This document shows positions 54,728-61,737 of a DNA stretch of 64,000 bases, piece by piece. Both the position numbers and the translations under genes were made by a program. Where the stretch lies: assembly GCA_045586065.1 (NCBI GenBank), contig JAZMZR010000019.1, forward strand, positions 26,337 to 90,336. Reading direction: 5' to 3'. The stretch's first letter is position 1, and every line of letters begins with the position of its first letter. Below the pieces are notes generated by a model. That model made no database searches and had not been told where the DNA came from. It saw only the letters and a list, made by a program, of their open reading frames with translations. This DNA is from Candidatus Limivicinus sp. (GTDB lineage Bacteria; Bacillota; Clostridia; Oscillospirales; Oscillospiraceae).

Positions 54728-55045
54728 TCAGCGCATCCAGATACGGTCGCTTTTGAGGAAGGTCTTCCTCTTCTCCAGCGGATCGATGAGAAGGTGCACC
54801 GGCTTCGGCGGGATCACGGGACGGATCGGGCGGGACATGCAGGCATACCTCCATTCATCGGCCACGTGGTCCTCCAAGTCGGAATCCATGTCCTCGGGGC
54901 AGTGCTCATCGTAGATCATGAGGGGGACGGTGCGGATGAAGGCCTCGCAGTTGGCGAAGACATACATGCCGGGAAATCCGTTGTCATCGAACTGCAGTCT
55001 GTAATGGCACTGCATCCAGCCCGGAATGCGCGCATTATCGCCCCG
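54728..55045 (-). pseudogene. 3' remnant of a phage terminase large-subunit gene
   Basis: RIPGW ... GMYVFANCEAFIRTVPLMIYDEHCPEDMDSDLEDHVADEWRYACMSRP is the TerL C-terminal nuclease pattern. Only about 100 codons remain. Protein-like sequence stops at the repeat at 55043. Confidence 0.6.
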
Positions 55046-55072
55046 TAAAAGGAAAAAGAACCGCCTCTTTCG
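55043..55072. repeat. Direct repeat copy 1 (30 nt), part of a minus-strand terminator module
   Basis: ccgtaaaaggaaaaagaaccgcctctttcg is identical to 56511-56541 apart from a 1-nt indel. On the minus strand it reads as a hairpin plus TTTTTCCTTTT. Confidence 0.9.
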
Positions 55073-55142
55073 GGGCGGCTCTTTAATTTCTTTTGCAGTT
55101 TTCCTTTTTATCTGCCTGTTTCCTTCAAAAAACCCTACTTGC

Positions 55143-56393
55143 TTAATCCTTCTCAAGCAGCCAGTTCGCCAAGTCGTGTATCTTGATTCCTTCGAAGTCA
55201 TAGGTCTCATGCCGGGTGTTCGCCAGAATCAGCTTTGGATACGCATCCTTGATCTTCAGCAGCGGATCATATTCCCGCTCAAAAGTCTCCTGGCGAGTAA
55301 TATCGTCACTGACCTGGATATATACTTTCTCGTTCCCCCGGATTGCTACAAAATCCACTTCTTTCTGATAAAGCTTTCCGACATAAACTTCATATCCCCG
55401 CCGCATCAGTTCAATGCAAACGATATTCTCATACATCCTGCCATAGTCAAGATTTCTTCTGCCGAGTCTTGCAAACCGGAATCCTGTATCACTCAGATAA
55501 TACTTGACGGAGGTTTTCAGATACTTTTTGCCGCGGATATCGTATCTGCGGACACCGTAAAAGACAAATGCATCACATAAGTACTTTATATAATTGCCAA
55601 CGGTCTTATGGTTCGTAACCACCACGTTTGCCGTCAGTGTATCGCTGATGTTGTTAGGGGAGGTCAGGCTTGAAACATTGTCCATCATAAAATCCGCCAG
55701 ATGCTCCAGGGTCGTGGTGTCCGGAAGGTTATACTTTGTGACCAGATCACGGTTGATGATCGTGTCGTAAACATCTCGAATATAGTTTGTACGGTCTCTA
55801 TCTGTGCGGTATTCATAGGAGCCGGCCAAGCCTCCCTTTATCACATACTCATCGAAAAGCTTTGCGGTGTCCTTCTCATCCGCAAAGTAACGGCAGAATT
55901 CTGCGAAGCTGAACGGGAAAACATGAAGCTCTATATATCTTCCTGTGAACAGCGTCGCAAGATCTGAACTCAGAAGGAAGGCATTTGAACCGGTAATATA
56001 AAGATCATATTTCCGGGAAGTGTGCAGACTGTTAATGGCAAGCTCAAACTTTTTGCAGAGCTGCACCTCATCCACAAATACATAGTTCTGCTTTCCCTTG
56101 GCATAACGGCCTTCAATATAGTCATACAGCGCATGGTATTCCTTAAGGGATTCGTATTTCAGATCGAAGAAATCCACGAATATGATATTGGCGTCCGGCT
56201 GTATTTCAGTGATTTTGCTGATAAACGCCTTCATCAGTTCAGACTTTCCGCTGCGCCTTACTCCTGTGATAATCTTGATGTCCGGGGTCCCCATAAGATC
56301 AAAGAGCCTTTGCAAATATTCCGGTCTTTCGATATAGTTCACAAACTCACTTCCGAAACTGAAAATTTTTTTAATTTTCGCACCTGCATTCAT
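55143..56393 (-). CDS. AAA+ ATPase with C-terminal DUF4143 (restriction-endonuclease-like) domain, COG1373 type
   Basis: 416 aa with Walker A GVRRSGKS and Walker B VFVDEVQ. The C-terminus reads ELMRRGYEVYVGK ... EVDFVAI ... YIQVS. Low GC. Confidence 0.85.
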   Translation of the reverse strand: MNAGAKIKKIFSFGSEFVNYIERPEYLQRLFDLMGTPDIKIITGVRRSGKSELMKAFISKITEIQPDANIIFVDFFDLKYESLKEYHALYDYIEGRYAKGKQNYVFVDEVQLCKKFELAINSLHTSRKYDLYITGSNAFLLSSDLATLFTGRYIELHVFPFSFAEFCRYFADEKDTAKLFDEYVIKGGLAGSYEYRTDRDRTNYIRDVYDTIINRDLVTKYNLPDTTTLEHLADFMMDNVSSLTSPNNISDTLTANVVVTNHKTVGNYIKYLCDAFVFYGVRRYDIRGKKYLKTSVKYYLSDTGFRFARLGRRNLDYGRMYENIVCIELMRRGYEVYVGKLYQKEVDFVAIRGNEKVYIQVSDDITRQETFEREYDPLLKIKDAYPKLILANTRHETYDFEGIKIHDLANWLLEKD

Positions 56394-56460
56394 AATCTAC
56401 TCGAAAACGCTCTGTTTGTCAACGGGGATATTCTGCCCTGCAACTCGTATCATTAGAAAA

Positions 56461-56501
56461 GAACAGAATCAGACCCGCTCCGCTGGGCTCTGATTCTGTT
56501 C
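56461..56501 (-). terminator. Strong hairpin upstream of the ATPase gene
   Basis: The 13-bp perfect stem gaacagaatcaga / tctgattctgttc extends with a bulge and is followed by TTTTC on the minus strand. Confidence 0.5.
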
Positions 56502-56510
56502 TGAGAAATA

Positions 56511-56541
56511 CCGTAAAAGGAAAAAGGAACCGCCTCTTTCG
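56511..56541. repeat. Direct repeat copy 2 (31 nt)
   Basis: ccgtaaaaggaaaaaggaaccgcctctttcg. Looser similarity to copy 1 continues for about 15 more nt. Confidence 0.9.
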
Positions 56542-56604
56542 AGACGGTTCGTTTCCCGTTATCTGATCGATACGGAATACCGGTATTATTCGGTGCGGCG
56601 TGTC

Positions 56605-56658
56605 AGCATCTCATTCGCAGAAAAGGTAGAATTCTACCTTTTTTGCGAATGAGATGCT
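56605..56658. repeat. 54-nt palindrome (27-bp arms, one G/T mismatch) centred on gaattc
   Basis: agcatctcattcgcagaaaaggtagaa | ttctaccttttttgcgaatgagatgct. I checked the reverse complement by hand. Confidence 0.9.
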
Positions 56659-56837
56659 TTTAATGGCCTGATTGCAACCGATCCTGCGATTGAAACGTGC
56701 CTTAAAGGGATATTTCAGGCAGGCAGACAGGCAATACTATAGATGCCGAAGATAACAGGAAGCTTTTCTTCAAATGAAATTAGCAGCAAATTTTTCGTTA
56801 TATGATAATTCTCATTGCATATACCGAAAAAATACTG

Positions 56838-56866
56838 TTGTTTTTTTCAGTATGGCATGATAAAAT
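56838..56866 (+). promoter_or_regulatory. Possible promoter of the Fic gene
   Basis: TTGTTT, 17 nt, TAAAAT, about 58 nt upstream of ATG 56924. Confidence 0.35.
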
Positions 56867-56923
56867 GTCAACACGCTGAAAAAAGAGTGTGATTCTTTCA
56901 CGGTTGTATGGGGAGTGATAAGT

Positions 56924-58165
56924 ATGACGTATGAATCTTTAGATAAACTATACTATAAAAACGAGGAAGTATATAAGCAAACTTATAATGAACGTTTTAT
57001 CTCCGAAGATACAGTTAAAATAGACTTCTTCCTCAGTAACCGTCCGGCATTCTTCGTTCAGTGCAGAGATGTCTATTCAACGATGTATGATATACTGAAA
57101 CTGGAAAAGGACATCGTCGTTCTTTCCGAAAAGCTTCCCGTAATAGCGCTGCAGCAGTACTCAAGGAAATGCCTGATCGATGAGATCGTGCTGTCAAACA
57201 ATATCGAAGGTGTGCACAGCACCCGTAAAGAGATCGGGGAAGTACTGGCCAGACTGGAGGAACAGACAAATACACGGGGCGGACACAAGAGATTTGTCGG
57301 GCTTGTCAACAAGTATTCCAAGCTTATCAGCGGAGAGAGCATACCATTGGACACCAGTCAGGATGTCCGGAATATCTATGACGAAATCGTGCTTGATGAA
57401 GTAATCTCGGAAGATAAAAACAATGCCCCGGACGGGAAGATCTTCCGGAAAGAACAGACTACGATCCTGAGCGCGGCAGGCAAAGTCGTTCACGTCGGAA
57501 TGACTCCCGAGTCAAAAATAATAGAATCAATGGAAAAAGCTTTAGCTTTTCTAAATGATGAAAGCATTGAGCCTCTGTACAGGATATCGCTGTTTCACTA
57601 TCTGTTTGAGTATATCCATCCTTTCTATGATGGAAACGGAAGGACAGGAAGGTTCATTCTGAGTTATTGCATATCAAAGCTAATGGCTCCGCTACTTGCT
57701 TACCGCATCTCGGAAACGATCCGCGAGAACCTTAAGGAATACTATAAAGCATTTGAGACATGCAATAATCCGCATAACCTCGGAGATCTTACCCCGTTTC
57801 TGATCATGATGCTGGACATGATCAGAAAGTCCGCTTCAGAATTACAGGAATCATTGAGCAACAGACTTTACAGCTGGAACTATTACCGTGAAATAATCGG
57901 CCGGAAGATCGGCTATAAATCAGACACTCACAATGCTTTTTACAGTATCCTGATCCAGGCTGCGCTCTTCAGCGAACAGGGCATCACGATGAAAGAGCTG
58001 GAAGAAAACATCAAGGCAAGCTCTGTAACGATAAAGAATAATTACCTTGCTGATGCCCGGGCCAATGGTTTGCTGATTGAGACAAAAGCCGGCAGGAGAA
58101 AGTATTATTATATCGACACAAAAAAACTTGATGACCTTGCTGCTCCAAAAGCGGAAATCAACTGA
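56924..58165 (+). CDS. Fic-family protein (class II, N-terminal inhibitory helix) with C-terminal wHTH-like region
   Basis: 413 aa from ATG 56924, with GGGGAG 8 nt upstream. Fic motif HPFYDGNGRTGR (57617-57652). Inhibitory motif SNNIEG fits [ST]xxxE[GN] (57194-57211). Confidence 0.9.
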   Translation: MTYESLDKLYYKNEEVYKQTYNERFISEDTVKIDFFLSNRPAFFVQCRDVYSTMYDILKLEKDIVVLSEKLPVIALQQYSRKCLIDEIVLSNNIEGVHSTRKEIGEVLARLEEQTNTRGGHKRFVGLVNKYSKLISGESIPLDTSQDVRNIYDEIVLDEVISEDKNNAPDGKIFRKEQTTILSAAGKVVHVGMTPESKIIESMEKALAFLNDESIEPLYRISLFHYLFEYIHPFYDGNGRTGRFILSYCISKLMAPLLAYRISETIRENLKEYYKAFETCNNPHNLGDLTPFLIMMLDMIRKSASELQESLSNRLYSWNYYREIIGRKIGYKSDTHNAFYSILIQAALFSEQGITMKELEENIKASSVTIKNNYLADARANGLLIETKAGRRKYYYIDTKKLDDLAAPKAEIN

Positions 58166-58177
58166 ACAGATCTCCTC

Positions 58178-58199
58178 AGCCCCGGCAGGGGGCTTTTTT
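58178..58199 (+). terminator. Intrinsic terminator after the Fic gene
   Basis: The stem agcccc / ggggct has loop ggca and is followed by T6. Confidence 0.65.
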
Positions 58200-58280
58200 A
58201 TTCCTCCTCCATGCGGGCACCGGCTACGCAGCAGATGCTTTATCTGCAAGTATGGAGTTAAGAAGGCCTGGGACAGAAAT

Positions 58281-58313
58281 AAAAAAAGGACAGGGAGCGA
58301 TCCCTGTCCTTTT
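58281..58313 (-). terminator. Intrinsic terminator after the lipoprotein gene
   Basis: The stem ggacaggga / tccctgtcc is followed by T7 on the minus strand. Confidence 0.7.
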
Positions 58314-58326
58314 GAAAGGATACGTT

Positions 58327-59649
58327 TTATCCGGCGAGGTACAGTGTGCCGGAGGCGGAGAGCAGCTCGATGCTGTCCTCAAGGATGATCTGGTGATAGG
58401 CGCTCTTTACGGCAGACAGACGGCTTCCGGTGCCGAAGGGGACGGAAAAGAATCCGTCTTCGTCCAGGGAGCCGAAACAGGTCTCGTCGAGTCTGTCCCG
58501 GATCTCCTCCGGGCCGTTCAGCGTATATCCGGCGCCTTCCAGATCCACGGTGATGGCATTGCTACCGACAAAGTACAGCACCATCTCATAGCACAGGCCG
58601 ACCGTCACGCCGCAGTCGTCCTTCCGGTCCTCCGCCAGGGAGAAGCCCGGTTTGAGGCAGAAGCCGGAGCTGCCGAAAACATCGAGAGTCCTGCCTGCAT
58701 CGTCCTTCCGGACAAAGGTCCCCTCCTCCGGGAAGGCGATAAACTCGAAATAATCAAAGAAGTTGTCCGCCGTGATCTTCACTTCCATATAAGCAGCGGA
58801 CTCCGCCGGAGGCAGCATCTCCTCTATCAGGGCTCGCGCCGTGTCGTAGCGACCGGAGGCAAAGGCGAGGATGATGTCCTCAAAGGGCGCAAACTCCTCC
58901 GGAAGCTCGGGAAGCTCCTCCGGAAGCGGAGCCTCCGGAGCGGCCTCCGTGCGCAGGAACAGCCTGCCGGAGGCGGAGAGCAGCTCGACGGAGGCGGAGT
59001 CGACGATCTGGACGTAATAGTTTTTCTTGACGGTAAGATAGTCCCCGATCTCAAAACTCAGGTAACAGGAATCATGGGTCAGTGCGGAGACGCAGTCTTC
59101 CTCGTGCTCATCGGTCCAGCTTTCCGCTCCCAGGATCTCATAGGAGCAATTATCCAGATCCACGCGGACGGACCCGCCGCTTGCGGGATAGAAGCGCACG
59201 CCGTAGCGCACGGAAGCCTCGACGCTGCAACCGGCCTTTTTCTCTTCGGCCAGCTCATACTCCGGCTTGAGATAAAACCCCGAAAATCCGTATACACCGA
59301 CCAGGCTACCGGAGACATCGAAATCCGAGCGGTGCGGTCTTTCCGGGAACTCCGCAAACTCGAAATAATCCAGGAAGTTCTCCCCGGTGATCTCCACCTC
59401 TTCGAAAGCGGGCGGCATCTCGGGGATCCATTTCTCCAGTTCGGCGAGGGCGGTCCCGTAGTCGCCTTCCGCCAGGGCATCGGCAAGGTCCCGGAACTGA
59501 GCGAATTCCTCCGGGAGCTCCGAAGGATCCGCAGGCATCCCCTCCGGCAGGCCCGAGGGAACCGGCATATCCGCAGACGGGATCTCTCCGCAGGCGCAGA
59601 GGGCGAACAGAGAGGCAAGGACAAGCATAAGGGCAAGGATCTTTTTCAT
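58327..59649 (-). CDS. Lipoprotein built from two tandem copies of an uncharacterised domain of about 200 aa
   Basis: 440 aa from ATG 59649 with lipobox LCACG. Both halves share PEELPEEFA.F, ENF(L/F)DYFEF..FPE, GF(Y/C)LKP and a terminal ELLSASG.L(F/Y)L. Confidence 0.8.
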   Translation of the reverse strand: MKKILALMLVLASLFALCACGEIPSADMPVPSGLPEGMPADPSELPEEFAQFRDLADALAEGDYGTALAELEKWIPEMPPAFEEVEITGENFLDYFEFAEFPERPHRSDFDVSGSLVGVYGFSGFYLKPEYELAEEKKAGCSVEASVRYGVRFYPASGGSVRVDLDNCSYEILGAESWTDEHEEDCVSALTHDSCYLSFEIGDYLTVKKNYYVQIVDSASVELLSASGRLFLRTEAAPEAPLPEELPELPEEFAPFEDIILAFASGRYDTARALIEEMLPPAESAAYMEVKITADNFFDYFEFIAFPEEGTFVRKDDAGRTLDVFGSSGFCLKPGFSLAEDRKDDCGVTVGLCYEMVLYFVGSNAITVDLEGAGYTLNGPEEIRDRLDETCFGSLDEDGFFSVPFGTGSRLSAVKSAYHQIILEDSIELLSASGTLYLAG

Positions 59650-59765
59650 GGCATGTGCTCCTTTCATGTGCCTTTCGGGAAAAGTATAGCATTGCGGCGG
59701 CCGCAGGGCAACAGAAAAGGGCCGGCCCGGATTCCAAGAGGCCAACCCGCTGCTTTATTCTGTTT

Positions 59766-59873
59766 TCAGGGCATCTTTTTCTTTGTCTCGGTCTCCAACA
59801 TACTGTTAACCAGATAACCGAGGGCCGAACAGATGACGCCGAACACAAGAGCCCAGCCTGTATATTTCTTCAT
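59766..59873 (-). CDS. Possible 35-aa hydrophobic peptide
   Basis: Hand translation gives MKKYTGWALVFGVICSALGYLVNSMLETETKKKMP, with a GGGAGAAG SD 6 nt upstream. It is below the ORF-track size cut-off. Confidence 0.3.
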   Translation of the reverse strand: MKKYTGWALVFGVICSALGYLVNSMLETETKKKMP

Positions 59874-59912
59874 TGCTTTCTTCTCCCGTTCTTTTTGCAG
59901 GCGATTTGCTGA

Positions 59913-60413
59913 TCAGAGTTTTTCCAGCTTGACGGCGGTGCCCGTTGCGGACGCAACCATCATGTTGATGCCTATGGACATGATCTCCACATCCACGGCT
60001 ATAGCCGCATCCGCACCTATCCGGAGGCACTCGGCAACCATCTGGGATACCGCAGCATTTTTTGCCTGGGCAAGTTTGCTGCTCATGCGCCCATTCTCCA
60101 CTCCAAACATGTCACTAAAACCCGCTGTAAATTCCGAAAGGAAACCGGTGCCCAAGACACAATGACCGCTTCGGATGCCCAGATATTGGGATATGCGGTA
60201 TCCTTCCACGATCCCACTTGTTGTGGTAATAAAGTTCGTCGCTTGCCCGCGTATTTTCTCAAGGCGTTCTCTCTCGGGGCTGTCTTCCGGAAGCTGCTCC
60301 TCCAGCTTTTTCAGATACTCGGGGGAGACCATGCCCAGCGTGGTGTCAAATTTGCATTTGGGGCATATCTTCAGCGATCCCAACAGTTCTATGCCGCAAT
60401 TCGGGCACTTCAT
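59913..60413 (-). CDS. YbjQ/UPF0145 (heavy-metal-binding-like) domain protein with N-terminal zinc ribbon
   Basis: 166 aa with CPNCG ... CPKC at the N-terminus and a C-terminal YbjQ pattern (GIVEGYRISQYLGIRSGHCVLGTGF ... ATGTAVKL). Confidence 0.85.
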   Translation of the reverse strand: MKCPNCGIELLGSLKICPKCKFDTTLGMVSPEYLKKLEEQLPEDSPERERLEKIRGQATNFITTTSGIVEGYRISQYLGIRSGHCVLGTGFLSEFTAGFSDMFGVENGRMSSKLAQAKNAAVSQMVAECLRIGADAAIAVDVEIMSIGINMMVASATGTAVKLEKL

Positions 60414-60524
60414 TTTCGTTTTCCTCCTTGTGTATGAGATAACATGCCGCCGACCGCCCGGACTGCAGACACCCGGCCGGTAAATTTCTTCACTTCTTTC
60501 TTCTCCCGTTACTTTTCCAATTCA

Positions 60525-60932
60525 TTATTTCGCATAGGTCCGGTAACACCCCTGCGCGATCTCCCGGATCAGCTCTTCCGGCAGTTCCCGGTCATGCGGG
60601 AGCCGGATCGCTCCCTTGCTGACTTCAATGCCAGTAAGCTTCTTCGCAAAGGCGGCCGTCGCTTCCTCTCCCGGATAGAGGCCGATGTGCTTTTTGAAGG
60701 CGGCAAAATGGATCAGGTTTCTCCCCTTCCGGAAGGTCGGCATGGACCAGGATATCCTTTCCTCCGCATCGGGTATCGCTTCCCGTATCACATCATGGAT
60801 ACGCTGCAGCCGGGGCCGGAGGGACTCCTCCTGCGCGGCGATGTACTCCTCGATGCTCTGCGGCTTTTCGCAGTAATGATCCTGATCCTTTCTGCTGAAC
60901 TCCCTGCCGCACTTCGGACATTTCCACATCAC
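60525..60932 (-). CDS. DUF1801 (YdhG-like) domain protein with N-terminal CPxCG motif
   Basis: 135 aa with SIEEYIAAQEESLRPRLQRIHDVIREAIPDAEERISWSMPTF, the DUF1801 pattern. Confidence 0.8.
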   Translation of the reverse strand: MMWKCPKCGREFSRKDQDHYCEKPQSIEEYIAAQEESLRPRLQRIHDVIREAIPDAEERISWSMPTFRKGRNLIHFAAFKKHIGLYPGEEATAAFAKKLTGIEVSKGAIRLPHDRELPEELIREIAQGCYRTYAK

Positions 60933-61049
60933 GTCATCACCTCCGCACAGTTCCCAGTCTTCAAGACGGATTATACCACATATACCCTGTTTTCGGAAAG
61001 AACCCGCAGAGCTAAAGAGCCCATGCTCCCTGTTCTTTTTGCATAACGC

Positions 61050-61077
61050 TTGTAATAATGCCGTTTTCAGGTATAAT
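61050..61077 (+). promoter_or_regulatory. Putative sigma-A promoter of the MarR gene
   Basis: TTGTAA, 16 nt, TATAAT, about 45 nt upstream of ATG 61123. Confidence 0.5.
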
Positions 61078-61122
61078 TAGGGTGATTCAAGACTCGTACA
61101 ACTCTCAGGATGGAGAAAGCAA

Positions 61123-61626
61123 ATGGAAATAGATTGGATGGGTCGCTACCGCCCGCTAGTAGCGGCGCTGGTGCTTCACTCAAACATCGTCAACAGAGGG
61201 CAGAACGAGCGCATGGACTGCGGGCACGGCGTGATGCTCACCCCGCAGGAATGGCAGGTGCTGGAGTTCATCGTTGAGCATGACGACGCCTATTTCAACA
61301 TGATCGAGATAGCCCGTCAGATCGGCATTCCCCAGAGTTCCTTCTCCCGCATCGTGAAGACCCTGCACGATGCCGACCTGATAACAAAATACCGTGTCGC
61401 CGGCAACAAGAAAAACGTTATCCTGCGGTCTTCCGAACTCGGTCAAGAGATATACCGGGGCAGGGCTACGGATATAAACAGAGATTACTTCAAGGTTCTC
61501 TTCCGGGAACTGGAGCCAATCAGCGATGAGGACATCAAGATCTTTACAAAGGCACTCAACCGCTTTACCCGCAGCCTGCCCACCGCAAAGGATTCGCAGG
61601 AAGTGGAGCTCATAGAGATCGACTGA
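61123..61626 (+). CDS. MarR-family transcriptional regulator
   Basis: 167 aa with the wHTH pattern LTPQEWQVLEFIVEH ... IEIARQIGIPQSSFSRIVKTLHDADLI. Confidence 0.88.
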   Translation: MEIDWMGRYRPLVAALVLHSNIVNRGQNERMDCGHGVMLTPQEWQVLEFIVEHDDAYFNMIEIARQIGIPQSSFSRIVKTLHDADLITKYRVAGNKKNVILRSSELGQEIYRGRATDINRDYFKVLFRELEPISDEDIKIFTKALNRFTRSLPTAKDSQEVELIEID

Positions 61627-61646
61627 ACAAATATAAAAAACAGGAC

Positions 61647-61683
61647 GGCTCCCGTCTGCAGGACTGCAGACGGGAGCCTTTGA
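61647..61683. terminator. Bidirectional hairpin terminator
   Basis: The 15-bp perfect stem ggctcccgtctgcag / ctgcagacgggagcc has a 2-nt loop. Confidence 0.75.
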
Positions 61684-61737
61684 TTCAGCGGGTATCTTTT
61701 ATCGCTCCGGCAGGAGTGAAAAAACCGGAGAGAAGGA

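Larger units (their letters stand above)
54728..58199. mobile_element. Low-GC island (degraded prophage / integrated-element remnant)
   Basis: Sampled 60-nt lines fall from about 65% GC (54001) to about 35-38% GC (55561, 57541). The island holds a terminase fragment, an ATPase, a Fic gene, repeats and hairpins. No integrase is seen. Confidence 0.55.

Noticed and set aside
54728-55210. Full 160-aa ORF as an intact small gene
   Set aside because: Only the C-terminal 100 aa or so look like protein (terminase nuclease domain). The first 55 codons read through the repeat/terminator and the 3' flank of the ATPase gene. I therefore called it a pseudogene fragment (54728-55045).
58252-59817. 521-aa plus-strand ORF
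   Set aside because: It is antisense to the tandem-repeat lipoprotein gene, which has a signal peptide, a lipobox and an SD. The plus-frame product is Gly/Arg/Leu-rich with no motifs.
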